The notes beneath the pieces are model-generated. The model had not been told where the DNA came from. It saw only the letters and a list, made by a program, of their open reading frames with translations, and made no database searches. A stretch of DNA of 64,000 nucleotides. Origin: Spirochaetia bacterium (GTDB lineage Bacteria; Spirochaetota; Spirochaetia; SZUA-6; Bin103). This document shows, one piece after another, positions 54,758 to 64,000 of the stretch. Where the stretch lies: the NCBI GenBank assembly GCA_965208575.1, contig CBDBOV010000003.1:736001-800000 (forward strand), in the 5' to 3' direction. The position numbers were made by a program, and so were the translations under genes. Positions within the stretch are counted from its first letter, which is position 1, and each line of letters opens with the position of its first letter.

Positions 54758-56473
54758 TCAGCGCCGGCCGACCACCCTGCTCAGGGCCAGGGTGCGCTGC
54801 CTGGTCTGCGCCAGTTCCGGTTCGAGGCGCGGCGCGTCGCCGAACCAGCGCTGGCGGCGCAGATGGCCGACCGCGGCCGCCAGCGCCGCCGGCGTCCCGA
54901 TGCGGCACAGTTGCTCGCTGGCGTAGGCGGCCACGTACGGATCCGAGTCTTCCAGGGCAGCCGCCAGCGACGGCACCGCGGCGTCCTGCGGGCCGTTCAG
55001 CCGCGCCAGGCCCTGGACGGCAAGCTGCCGCAACTGGCTGTTGGACTCGCGCTGCAGCGCGCCGGCCAGCGCTGCCAGCGCCGGTGCCTGCGGGTGGCCG
55101 ACCAGGCTGACGGCGGACAGCAGGTGGCGGCGCACCTCCTCGTCCGAGTCGCCCAGCGCCTCCGCCAGCGCGTCCAGCGCGCCCGCCGCCCGGTGCCCCA
55201 TCTCGCCCAGTGCGTAGGCCGCATTGGCCCGCACGTGGTCATGCGGATTGCGCAGCGCGCGCGCCAGGGCGGGCACCGCCGGTGCGCCGATGGAACCCAG
55301 GGCGTGGGCCGCGTGGCCGATGCCGTAGGGCGGGTAGGTGCGGTACAGTTCCTCGTAGCTGCCCAGCACCGCCACCAGCGGATCGACCGCGGCAGCGCCG
55401 ACCGCGCCGAGCGCGTAGCACGCGTTGAGCTGGACGTACGGCGAGTCGTCCTCCAGGGCGGCGACCAGGTCCGCAACCGCCGGCGCCGCGCCCGCCCGCG
55501 CGAACCCCAGCGCATTGGCGGCCTGCAGGCGATCGTCTTCTGCGCCGGACCGCAGCCGGAGCGCCAGATCGGCGATCGACTCCGGCCGGCCCGCCGCGGC
55601 GGCGCCGGGCGCGCGCCGAAACAGGTCGCCGGCGCCGCACATCCAGTTCCAGACGTAGGTCCAGGCAATTTCATTGCCGCCGTCATGGTCGCCGCCGCGC
55701 CCGTTGGCGGACTCCCGGCGCCAGCAAGGGGCGTCGTTGGCCCAGCTCGGATCCGCCGGCTGTTCGGTGCGCATGAACACGAACTTGTGGCCGTAGCGCA
55801 TCTGCTCGGCGACGTTGGCGAGCACCGAGTGGCCCAGGTCGAAGTGCATGATCGACACCGCGCCGAGGCCGCACGCCAGGGAGGTCAACTCGCGCTGCAC
55901 GTAGTTGGCCGGCAGCCGGTAGCCGCCGTTCGCGCCGCGGTCCACGACGAGCGGCATCTCCAGGTCCAGCTCGGTGGTGAGGCGCGGCAGCAGGTGGGTG
56001 CCGGGGATCAGGGCGGTGGGACCCTGGCGGTCGGGGCACTCCTGCGGGTAGTAGAACAGCAGCGCCCACTGCGGTACCCGGTGGCGCGGCTTGTGGCAGC
56101 CGGCCTGGCCGTCGCGGTGCGGCACCATGGTGATGCCCCGGCGGCCGTCCGGCAGCGGCGCCACCGGTGCGTTGAGGTGGCAGTGGCGGTGCGGCAGCAT
56201 CACGTAGCCGTGGCCAAGCAGGCTGGTCAGCGCGCCGACCACCTGCGGCGCCTCCAGCACCCGCGCCAGCTCGCCGACCACCGGCAGGATGTTGTTCTGC
56301 GGATTGGCGCCGCCGCCGTCCCTGCCGCCGTCGCCCGAACGCAGAATCCGGTCGGTCTTCTCGAAGATCGTACGGTGCACCGATTCGTCCAGACCGGTCT
56401 GCACCTGTACGTACCCGTCGACAATGAACGCCCTGACCTGCTCGTCATTGAGCAGGTACTCCTCTCCCCGCAT
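54758..56473 (-). CDS. PhyH-like dioxygenase fused to C-terminal HEAT/PBS-lyase repeats
   Basis: 'FIVDGYV', HRD, 'GPTALIPGTH' and 'HFDLGH', followed by repeats such as 'VRANAAYALGEMG' and 'AVPALARAL'. Confidence 0.85.
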   Translation of the reverse strand: MRGEEYLLNDEQVRAFIVDGYVQVQTGLDESVHRTIFEKTDRILRSGDGGRDGGGANPQNNILPVVGELARVLEAPQVVGALTSLLGHGYVMLPHRHCHLNAPVAPLPDGRRGITMVPHRDGQAGCHKPRHRVPQWALLFYYPQECPDRQGPTALIPGTHLLPRLTTELDLEMPLVVDRGANGGYRLPANYVQRELTSLACGLGAVSIMHFDLGHSVLANVAEQMRYGHKFVFMRTEQPADPSWANDAPCWRRESANGRGGDHDGGNEIAWTYVWNWMCGAGDLFRRAPGAAAAGRPESIADLALRLRSGAEDDRLQAANALGFARAGAAPAVADLVAALEDDSPYVQLNACYALGAVGAAAVDPLVAVLGSYEELYRTYPPYGIGHAAHALGSIGAPAVPALARALRNPHDHVRANAAYALGEMGHRAAGALDALAEALGDSDEEVRRHLLSAVSLVGHPQAPALAALAGALQRESNSQLRQLAVQGLARLNGPQDAAVPSLAAALEDSDPYVAAYASEQLCRIGTPAALAAAVGHLRRQRWFGDAPRLEPELAQTRQRTLALSRVVGRR

Positions 56474-56582
56474 CGGTAATCTCCTATGTTGCGGAGTGTT
56501 CCACAATCCGCACCGGTATGCCGAGCCCACGGCGCCTGGCCGGCGGCGTGCTGTGTTGCTGGGGGCTGCCGGCGCGGGCGGC

Positions 56583-58136
56583 TCAGGCGATTCGATGGTG
56601 GGAGGGGATCCAGTGGCGGGGCGGCGGCGCCGGCTGCTGGCGCCGGGCATTGGCGTAGTCGCAGGCGCACAGCACTTCCTCGAACAACATTGCTTCCAGT
56701 TCGCGCCGGGTGCCGGCGTAGTCGGCGTCGGCGTAGCGGTTGTGCGTTTCGGCGGGATCTTCGCGGCGGTCGTACAGCTCGCCGTGCATGCCCCCGGCGT
56801 ATTTGGTCAGGCGCCACCTGGCGGTGGTGAGCGTGCGCATGCGCGCCGGCATCATGTCGTCGTCGTTCTCGGTCAGGGCGGCCGTGCGCCGGTAGGGTCC
56901 CGCGCCGCGCAGCGCCGGCGCGAACGAGATGCCCTGTAAGCCCTCGGGAGCCGGCACGCCGGCCAGGTCCCACAGCGTGGCCGCGATGTCGAGCGTGGAG
57001 GCGGGCTGCTCGATGGTCTGTCCCGCCTCGATGCCGGGGCCCTGCACCAGCAGGGGCACGCGCAGGGCGGAGTCGAAGTGCATGCCCTTGCCGACGAAGC
57101 CGTGGTCGCCGAGGTACTCGCCGTGATCGGCGACGAACACCACGACGGTGGAGTCGGCCATGCCGGTGGCCGCGAGATGGTCGAGGATACGCCCGACGTG
57201 GTGGTCGAGGCAGGAGGTCATGCCGTAGTAGGAGGCGCGCACCGCCCGCCAGGTCGCCGCGCTTACCCGCGAGTAGTCCAGCGGCGGAGTGCCGATGATG
57301 CGGTCGATACCCGGCCCCTGCGGACGTTCCCCCCAACCGGCGACGTCCAGCGCTTCGCCGCGGAAGATCGAGTCGTACCACGACGGCATGTGCCGCCCGC
57401 CGTGCGCAACCGGCGCCGGCACCGCGGCGGGGTCGTACATCGACGCCCACGGCTCGGGCACCGTGAACGGGTGGTGCGGGTCGGGGAAGCTGACGTGGGC
57501 GAACAGCGGCCGCCCGTCGGCGCGGGCCGAGTCGAGCAGTTCGATGGTGCGGTCCGCCAGGTAGTGCGATGAGTGCAACTCGGCGGGCAGGCGGAAACGG
57601 TGCGGTCCGAGCACCGGCGTCAGTTGATCTTCTCCCACCCGCGGCTGCGCCCGCGCCTGATCCAGGTCCACGCCCATGGCCGCGGCGTGCGCTCCGTAGT
57701 CGGCGCCGAAGCAGCCGTCGCCGTGGCCGTTGACCAGGTCCACCTCGGCGAAACCGTAGTAGCCGTCACTCCCCTCACGGGCCATGGCCGCGCGCAGCAC
57801 CTCCGGCTCGGCGCGCTGCGGCACCAGGTGGATCTTGCCGACCGACGCGCACCGGTAGCCGGCGCGCTGCAGGCCGTGGCCGAGAAAGCGCGGATCGTCC
57901 GGCGCATGGCAGCCCACCATGCGTGTCTTCAGCACCGACGGAAACGCCCCCGTCAGTATCGACGCCCGGCTCGGCGTGCAGGTCGGCTGGGTCACCACGC
58001 AATCCACGAACCGCACCCCCGCCGCCGCCATGCGGTCCAGGTTCGGCGTGCGGCACACCGGATTGCCGTAAACCGACAGCGTATCGGCCCGCAGCTCATC
58101 CGCCACGATCAACAGGATATTCGGTCGCATCGGCAT
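56583..58136 (-). CDS. Sulfatase family protein (Cys-type)
   Basis: 'RPNILLIVADE', CTPSRASILTG, 'GKIH', 'PHHP' and 'DHGEYLGDHG'. Confidence 0.92.
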   Translation of the reverse strand: MPMRPNILLIVADELRADTLSVYGNPVCRTPNLDRMAAAGVRFVDCVVTQPTCTPSRASILTGAFPSVLKTRMVGCHAPDDPRFLGHGLQRAGYRCASVGKIHLVPQRAEPEVLRAAMAREGSDGYYGFAEVDLVNGHGDGCFGADYGAHAAAMGVDLDQARAQPRVGEDQLTPVLGPHRFRLPAELHSSHYLADRTIELLDSARADGRPLFAHVSFPDPHHPFTVPEPWASMYDPAAVPAPVAHGGRHMPSWYDSIFRGEALDVAGWGERPQGPGIDRIIGTPPLDYSRVSAATWRAVRASYYGMTSCLDHHVGRILDHLAATGMADSTVVVFVADHGEYLGDHGFVGKGMHFDSALRVPLLVQGPGIEAGQTIEQPASTLDIAATLWDLAGVPAPEGLQGISFAPALRGAGPYRRTAALTENDDDMMPARMRTLTTARWRLTKYAGGMHGELYDRREDPAETHNRYADADYAGTRRELEAMLFEEVLCACDYANARRQQPAPPPRHWIPSHHRIA

Positions 58137-58147
58137 TGCCCCCTCTC

Positions 58148-58456
58148 CTACGCCATATTGCTGGACGCAAGCCCCTTCATGAGCCGATCACGCCGCGCCT
58201 GCACGAGGTCGTAGCTTGCCTGCATCCGCATCCAGTGTTCGGCGGTGCCCCAACCGATGTCCTCCAGCGCCAGGGCCATATTCGCGGATACACCGGCCCT
58301 GCCGTTCAGCAGGCGTGACAGGGTTCCACGCTCACAGCCCAAGTGGTGGGCGGTTTCGGTCACGCTCCAGCCGATGTCTTCCATGCTTTCGCGGACTAGC
58401 TCGCCCAAGTGCGGAGGGTTGGCCATAGGGCCGACACGTTGACTACGTTCGTTCAT
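58148..58456 (-). CDS. higA: HigA family antitoxin (HTH)
   Basis: 'NPPHLGELVRE...SVTETAHHLG..RGTLSRLLNG...AEHWMRMQASYDL'. Confidence 0.9.
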   Translation of the reverse strand: MNERSQRVGPMANPPHLGELVRESMEDIGWSVTETAHHLGCERGTLSRLLNGRAGVSANMALALEDIGWGTAEHWMRMQASYDLVQARRDRLMKGLASSNMA

Positions 58457-58477
58457 GGGTCCGTGCTCTCCTTGCGG

Positions 58478-58750
58478 TCAGTGGTAGTCGATCAGGTCCA
58501 CGTCGACGGCCTCGTCATTCTCGAACCGGAACACTACGCGCCAGTTGCCGGTAACGCGCACGCTCCACTGGCCGGCGCGGTTCCCCTTCAGGGGATGCAA
58601 CCGGAAACCCGGCGCGGCCGCGTCGCTCGGCTGCTTTGCTTCCTGGAGCCGGAACAGTATCCGGCGAAGTCGTGACACTTGGTCTGCAGGGAGCCGGGCG
58701 GCGTCGTCTCGCTCGTGCAGCGCCAGCAGTCCCTTGTGCCTGATCGTCAC
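58478..58750 (-). CDS. higB: HigB / plasmid maintenance system killer toxin
   Basis: 'IRHKGL...PGFRLHPLKGNRAGQWSVRVTGNWRVVFRF...DVDLIDYH'. Toxin-first order; start approximate. Confidence 0.88.
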   Translation of the reverse strand: MTIRHKGLLALHERDDAARLPADQVSRLRRILFRLQEAKQPSDAAAPGFRLHPLKGNRAGQWSVRVTGNWRVVFRFENDEAVDVDLIDYH

Positions 58751-58948
58751 GACAGAAACGTAACGCGACGCGCCACACGCCGCAACCTTCCCGTCAGCCT
58801 GCCAGTCGTCAGGGACATTCGCCGACCGACACGCGCGAACATAGGGTCTGTTGGCGCACGTCGATCTACGCATGATGGTTGTCCCGCGGCACCCCAACCG
58901 CGTCCATCGCGCGAGCACGGTTCGCATACGGTCTGATAGGATGCGGGT

Positions 58949-60745
58949 ATGGCCTCGCCGGAGAGCACGCACTACCAGCTACCGCCGTTCCCGGCGATTC
59001 CCTATGGGCGCGCCTTCTTCAGGGGCATCCGGCTGGAAGGCTGCCTGTACGTCGACAAGACGCGATTCCTGCACCCGCTGGAGCAGGAGCGGTTCGTGTT
59101 CTTCATCCGCCCGCGGCGCTTCGGCAAGACCTGCTGGCTGTCGCTGCTGGAGAGCTACTACGACCGCAACCAGGCGGGCGACTTCGAGCGGGTATTCGGC
59201 GGCTTGGACATCTACCGGCAACCCACCCCGAACCGCGCCCGCTACGTGGTGGTGCGGTTCAACTTCTCCACCTTCGGCAGTGACCCGGCGAAGCTGGAAC
59301 GTGAGTTCGACGAGTACTGCCGGCGGCACGTGCGCGACGCCCTCGAGGACAATCCCGACCTGTTCCCCGATTCGGTGGCCCGCCGCATCCAGGCGCCATC
59401 GACCATCCATGGCCAGTTTGACGAGCTGTTCCTGCACGCCCGCCGGGAGGGGATTCCGCTCTACGTCCTGATCGACGAGTACGACAATTTCGCCAACACC
59501 ATCCTTGCCGGCGAGGGAGCGGAGGCGTACTACGCGTTCACCCACGGCGGCGGCTTCTACCGCAGCTTCTTCGCGGCGCTCAAGGCGGGCACCGAGAACG
59601 GCAGCGTGGAGCGGCTGTTCGTCACCGGGGTGTCGCCGGTGACCATGGACGACGTGACCAGCGGCTTCAACATCGGCGCCAACCTGAGCCTGCGGCCCGA
59701 GTTCAACGAGCTGCTCGGCTTCACCGAGGACGAGGTGCGGCGCCTGGTGGAGACGTACCGGGACCTGGGCGTATTCGACCAGGACGTCGAGACGGCGCTG
59801 GCCACCATGCGCGAGTGGTACAATGGCTACCGGTTCGCAAAGACGGCGCAGGGAATCGTCTACAACACCGACATGGTGCTTCATTACCTGAAGCACTCGG
59901 TGCCCAACAAACGCGGCCCCGACAACCTGATCGACAGCAACGTGCGCATCGACTACGGCAAGCTGCGTCACCTGCTGCTGACCGGACGGCAGTTGAACGG
60001 CAACTTCGACCTGCTGCGCCACGTGATCGCCGAAGGACGGGCGCACAGCGACATCGTGGAGAGCTTCCCACTGGCGCGGCTTACGGATCGAGAAAACTTC
60101 CTCTCGCTGCTGCACTACTTCGGCCTGCTGAGCATCCGCGACCTGGTCGCCGGCGTGCCGCGGCTGGGCATCCCCAACCAGACCGTGCGGCGGCTGACGT
60201 TCGGCTACCTGCGCGACGCCTACCGCGACGTGGGAGTGTTCTCGCTGGACCTTGTCGAGTTCGACCGGCTCACGCGGCGGATGGCGCTGGAGGGCGACTG
60301 GCGGCCGGCCGTGGAGCGGCTGTGCGACGCGGTGACCGAGCACACCGGTATCCGCGACTACATCCAGGGAGAGAAGATCCTGCAAGGGTTCCTGGCGGCC
60401 TACCTGAGCGCATCGGATTATTTCGTGCTGCACACCGAGCAGGAGTTGGCGAAGGGCTACGCGGACATCGTGCTGGTGCCGCTGGCGGCGCGCTATCCCG
60501 GCATGCGACACGGCTTCGTGATCGAGTTGACGTACCTGAGCCGCGTTCCCGAGACCGAGGCCCGGATGACGACGACGGCTGCCGAGGCGGTGTCGCAGTT
60601 GCGCCGATACCTGGCGGATGAACGGCTGGCGCGGCAGCACCCGGACGTGGAGTTCACGGGCGTGGCGCTGGTGTTCCGCGGCTGGGAGCTGGTGTACGGC
60701 GAAGAGGTGGCGGCCGCGGACTCCGACGGCGCGCAGGTAGGCTGA
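58949..60745 (+). CDS. AAA-ATPase-like protein with a C-terminal PD-(D/E)XK (PDDEXK_9-like) domain
   Basis: 'YVDKT', RPRRFGKT, LIDEYD, 'FVTGVSP', 'WYNGYRF' and 'GYADI...IELTY'. Confidence 0.88.
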   Translation: MASPESTHYQLPPFPAIPYGRAFFRGIRLEGCLYVDKTRFLHPLEQERFVFFIRPRRFGKTCWLSLLESYYDRNQAGDFERVFGGLDIYRQPTPNRARYVVVRFNFSTFGSDPAKLEREFDEYCRRHVRDALEDNPDLFPDSVARRIQAPSTIHGQFDELFLHARREGIPLYVLIDEYDNFANTILAGEGAEAYYAFTHGGGFYRSFFAALKAGTENGSVERLFVTGVSPVTMDDVTSGFNIGANLSLRPEFNELLGFTEDEVRRLVETYRDLGVFDQDVETALATMREWYNGYRFAKTAQGIVYNTDMVLHYLKHSVPNKRGPDNLIDSNVRIDYGKLRHLLLTGRQLNGNFDLLRHVIAEGRAHSDIVESFPLARLTDRENFLSLLHYFGLLSIRDLVAGVPRLGIPNQTVRRLTFGYLRDAYRDVGVFSLDLVEFDRLTRRMALEGDWRPAVERLCDAVTEHTGIRDYIQGEKILQGFLAAYLSASDYFVLHTEQELAKGYADIVLVPLAARYPGMRHGFVIELTYLSRVPETEARMTTTAAEAVSQLRRYLADERLARQHPDVEFTGVALVFRGWELVYGEEVAAADSDGAQVG

Positions 60746-60750
60746 CCAGC

Positions 60751-61965
60751 ATGAGAATTGCCGACGTCGTTACGCATGCCGTGCAGCCGGCAGGGATTCC
60801 GCTGGTGGTGGCCAAGGTGGTGACCGATCAGCCGGGGCTGTACGGGTGGGGCTGCGGCACCTTCACGCAGCGCTTCCGGGCGGTGGAGGCGGCGATCGAG
60901 CGTCACCTGAAGCCGTTCGCGATCGGGCGCGACGCGGCGGCGATTGCCGACTTCTGGCACAGCGCCATGCACGACGGCTACTGGCGCAACGGGCCGGTGC
61001 TGAACAACGCGGTGAGCGCGGTGGAGATGGCGCTGTGGGACATCAAGGGCAAGGCGGCCGGGCTGCCCTGCTACCAGCTCTGGGGCGGGCGCAGCCGCGG
61101 CGCGGCGGCGGTGTACGTGCACGCCAACGGCAACGAGCCGGGCGAGGTGCTCGACCAGGCGCTGGCCTACTGGGAACGGGGCTTCCGCCACATCCGCTGC
61201 CAGCTCGGCGGCTACGTCGGGGTCGGCGGCGGGTCGGCCAGCAGCGCGGCCGGGACCTTCTCCAATGCCAGCGGGACCGGCTCCATCTTCTTCGATCCCG
61301 GCGAGAAGCTGCGCCGGGTGCCGGAGCTGTTCGAGAGGGTGCGCGCCGGCCTGCCGCCGGAGGCGGAGTTGCTGTACGACATCCACGAGCGGCTGGTGCC
61401 GGTCGACGCGCTGCGGTTGGCCAAGGCACTGGAGCCGTACCGGCTGTTCTTCCTGGAGGACGCGCTGGCGCCGGAGGATCTCGGCTACTTCCGCATGCTG
61501 CGTTCCCAATGCGCCGTGCCGCTGGCGATGGGCGAGCTGTTCGTCCATCCCCTGGAGGTGGAGCCGCTGGTCACCGGGCGGCTGATCGACTTCGTGCGCG
61601 TGCACGTGTCCACCTACGGCGGCATCACCGCAGCGCTCCGGCTCGCCAGCCTGTCCGCCGCATTCGGGGTGCGCACCGCCTGGCACGGCCCGCGCGACGT
61701 GTCGCCGGTCGGTATGGCCGCCAACGTGCACCTGGACCTGCACGTTCCCAACTTCGGCATCCAGGAGTGGTCGTTCCGCTCGCCGGCCGAGGAGGACCTG
61801 TTCCCCGGCATCCCCGAGGTGCACGCCGGTGCGGTGAACGTCAACGATCGCCCGGGCTGGGGCATCGAGATGGACGAACGCCTCGCCGCGCGCTTTCCCT
61901 GCGACGACCGTGCGAGCCTGCGCCCCGTACCTCGCCTCGCCGACGGCACCAGCCGACCGTTCTGA
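60751..61965 (+). CDS. Enolase-superfamily sugar acid dehydratase (RspA/mannonate dehydratase-like)
   Basis: 'YWRNGPVLNNA', 'MALWDIKGK', 'DIHERL', 'FFLED', 'GE', 'WHGP.DVSPVG' and 'NFGIQE'. Confidence 0.9.
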   Translation: MRIADVVTHAVQPAGIPLVVAKVVTDQPGLYGWGCGTFTQRFRAVEAAIERHLKPFAIGRDAAAIADFWHSAMHDGYWRNGPVLNNAVSAVEMALWDIKGKAAGLPCYQLWGGRSRGAAAVYVHANGNEPGEVLDQALAYWERGFRHIRCQLGGYVGVGGGSASSAAGTFSNASGTGSIFFDPGEKLRRVPELFERVRAGLPPEAELLYDIHERLVPVDALRLAKALEPYRLFFLEDALAPEDLGYFRMLRSQCAVPLAMGELFVHPLEVEPLVTGRLIDFVRVHVSTYGGITAALRLASLSAAFGVRTAWHGPRDVSPVGMAANVHLDLHVPNFGIQEWSFRSPAEEDLFPGIPEVHAGAVNVNDRPGWGIEMDERLAARFPCDDRASLRPVPRLADGTSRPF

Positions 61966-62046
61966 TTGACGCCCGGGGCTTCCCGGCTTGCACGCAGCGT
62001 CCGCACCCGACGAACGGGTGCACGAGCGGCGCGCGTACCGGTGCGG

Positions 62047-62910
62047 TCATCCGGCGCGCAGGCGTGCCGCCGCCGGGGACCTCGTGATTGCAGGGGCTGT
62101 CGGGAGCGCGAATCCGGAACCTGCTCCATCAACGCGGCGCAGATTTCTGCCGTACGCGGCCGCCAGGGGTTCGGGAGCCAGCACTTCGTCCGGCGTGCCG
62201 GCGGCGACGACCCGCCGGTGGAGCAGCAGCACCCGGCCGAGGTGCTCGGCGACGCCCAGGTCGTGGGTGGCCACCATGACGGCGATCGGTTCCCTGATCG
62301 AGTCGAGCGTGTCGGACAGCATGCGGCTGGCGTCGGCATCGAGGCCGGCGTACGGCTCGTCGAGCAGCATGATCTCCGCCTCCTGCGCCAGCGCGCGGGC
62401 GATGAACACGCGGCGTCGCTGGCCGCCGGAGAGTTCGCCGATCTGGCGGTGGCGCAGGTCGGCGATTGCCACCTGTTCCATGGCGTCGGCGACGATGGCG
62501 CGGTCTCTGCGCCGCGGATAGCGCAAATAGCCGACCCGCGCGATGCGGCCCATCGCCACCACATCCTCGACGGTGGCCGGGAACCGCCAGTTGATGTCCG
62601 CGTGCTGCTCGATGTAGGCGATGCAGACGTGACGATCGGGATCGCTGCCGTAGAAGCGAACCGTACCGGCGGACGGGGAATGCGTGCCGGCAATCACCTT
62701 GAACATGGTGCTCTTGCCGGCGCCGTTGGGACCGACCACGGCGATGCGTTCGCCGGCGCCGAGGCGCAGCGACACGTTCTCCAGGGCGCACCGCCCGCCG
62801 TAGTGGGCCCACACCCCGTGCAGGTCGAGCATGGCGCTCCCGTCGGCAGGGGCCCGCTCACAACAGTCGTGGCTGCGCACGGCGTGCGCCAGCCTCGGCC
62901 TAGGAGCCAA
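62047..62910 (-). CDS. Metal (Zn/Mn) ABC transporter ATP-binding protein
   Basis: GPNGAGKS, LSGGQRRR, LLDEP and 'ATHDL'. Start could be 62832. Confidence 0.88.
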   Translation of the reverse strand: MAPRPRLAHAVRSHDCCERAPADGSAMLDLHGVWAHYGGRCALENVSLRLGAGERIAVVGPNGAGKSTMFKVIAGTHSPSAGTVRFYGSDPDRHVCIAYIEQHADINWRFPATVEDVVAMGRIARVGYLRYPRRRDRAIVADAMEQVAIADLRHRQIGELSGGQRRRVFIARALAQEAEIMLLDEPYAGLDADASRMLSDTLDSIREPIAVMVATHDLGVAEHLGRVLLLHRRVVAAGTPDEVLAPEPLAAAYGRNLRRVDGAGSGFALPTAPAITRSPAAARLRAG

Positions 62911-64000
62911 GTGCGGCCACGATCCGTTCCACGTTGGTGCGCATGAAGCGGTCGTAGGTGTCCGCGGGTCCGCCGGCTTCGCTCAGCGACCCGGTGTAGA
63001 TCGGCACGACGGCGATTCCCAGGTCGGAGGCAATCGACTCCGCCACCTGCGGATTCACCGTGGTGCCGACGAAGATCGCCGGGATCGCGCGCTCTGCGAG
63101 CAGTTCGCGCAGCTCCGCGAGATGGCGTGCCGACGGCTCGGCCACGGTACTGAAACCCGGCACGACCGAGTCCAGCAGCTCGAAGCCGTAGCGTTGTGCG
63201 AAGTACCCCATCACGTCGTGGTCGGTGACGATCACCCGGTGGTGGCGCGGTACGACCGCTACCTGGTCCTTGATCCACGCGTCGAGCGTGTCCAGCTCTG
63301 CCGCAAGCTCATCCGCGCGGGCGGCATAGTCGGCCTCGTGCGCGGGGTCGATCCCGGCCAGCACTTCGGCAATCTCGTCGGCCCAGCGGGCAACCAGGGT
63401 CGGATCCATCCACACGTGCGGGTCGAACTCGCCGTGGTGGTGGGCATGCCCCTCGTGCTCGTCCTCGTGTTCGTCGTGCTCGTCCTCGTCGTGGTCGTGT
63501 TCATCCTCGTCGTGGTCGTGCTCGTCCTCGTCGTGTTCGTCGTGTTCGTCCTCGTCGTGGTCGTCGTGTTCGTCCTCGTCGTGGTCGTGCTCGTCCTCGT
63601 CGTGGTCGTGCTCGTCCTCGTCGTGTTCGTCGTGGTCGTCATGTGCCTCGCCCAGGCGCATGAGTGGCAAGTGGGCGGTCAAGTCGACCACCATGCGGGG
63701 CTCCGCGCTGCTGATCAGGTCGCCGAGGAACTCGGCCTCCAGACCTGCGCCGTTGGTGAACAACACCGCGGCGTCGGCGAGCAGGTGCGCATCCCGCGGA
63801 GTCGGTTGGAACGTATGCGGGTCGGCCCCTGGCGGCATGAGCACGGAGAGCGAGATCAGGTCGCCGCCGACACGGCCAACGATGTCGCCGACGATGTTGG
63901 TGGTGGCGACCACCAGGACCCGGTCACCCGCCGGGTGTTCCCCCGCCGGCGAGGCGAACAGCACCGGCACGGCGGCCAGCGCGAGCAGTACGGCGCCGAT
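62900..64000 (-). CDS. Metal ABC transporter substrate-binding protein (ZnuA/TroA family) with a long His/acidic loop; start off the right edge
   Basis: 'GADPHTFQPTP', 'DPHVWMDP', 'TDHD..GYFA', and a ~70-aa H/D/E-rich insert. Confidence 0.92.
   Translation of the reverse strand: MGAVLLALAAVPVLFASPAGEHPAGDRVLVVATTNIVGDIVGRVGGDLISLSVLMPPGADPHTFQPTPRDAHLLADAAVLFTNGAGLEAEFLGDLISSAEPRMVVDLTAHLPLMRLGEAHDDHDEHDEDEHDHDEDEHDHDEDEHDDHDEDEHDEHDEDEHDHDEDEHDHDEDEHDEHEDEHEGHAHHHGEFDPHVWMDPTLVARWADEIAEVLAGIDPAHEADYAARADELAAELDTLDAWIKDQVAVVPRHHRVIVTDHDVMGYFAQRYGFELLDSVVPGFSTVAEPSARHLAELRELLAERAIPAIFVGTTVNPQVAESIASDLGIAVVPIYTGSLSEAGGPADTYDRFMRTNVERIVAALGS
63435..63645 (-). repeat. Coding tandem repeat (21/24-nt units; HDHDEDE-like)
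   Basis: Repeated cgtcctcgtcgtggtcgtg[c/t]t units encode HDHDEDE, HDDHDEDE and HDEHDEDE. Confidence 0.9.

Noticed and set aside
63259-63642. Thr-rich repeat protein (TTTTRTS)n
   Set aside because: Alternate frame of the His/Asp repeat in the metal-binding protein.

Overview
High-GC bacterial genomic window with about 55 CDS. I saw no rRNA, tRNA, CRISPR array, integrase or canonical transposase. The gene content (several ABC solute-binding proteins with 'A-G-G-E/D' type N-termini, many PhyH dioxygenases, ADP-ribosylglycohydrolases, a sulfatase, DUF222-HNH, several TA modules) suggests a heterotrophic spirochaete-like or sponge-symbiont-like organism. This is inference only. The standout is a ~12.5 kb RiPP cluster (40080-52581). 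It has a nitrile-hydratase-like-leader (NHLP/proteusin-type) precursor with an extremely short predicted core (S)SYY, flanked by two paralogous unannotated proteins that I infer to be ABBA-type aromatic prenyltransferases. It also has two tandem CYP116-like P450s with a Thr->Asn I-helix change, a stand-alone DxDD class II terpene-cyclase-like protein, and the three-gene NHLP C39-peptidase export system. The architecture suggests a ribosomal peptide-meroterpenoid product. Other oddities include two ~84-bp duplications of operon junctions that create mini-ORFs, a tandem array of GCGAAGC hairpins, an ABC-ATPase/TOPRIM putative defence pair, orphan antitoxins, a P450 with an apparent CTG start, and a mosaic-GC solute-binding gene. 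All functional calls come from motif recognition by eye; no database search was run.
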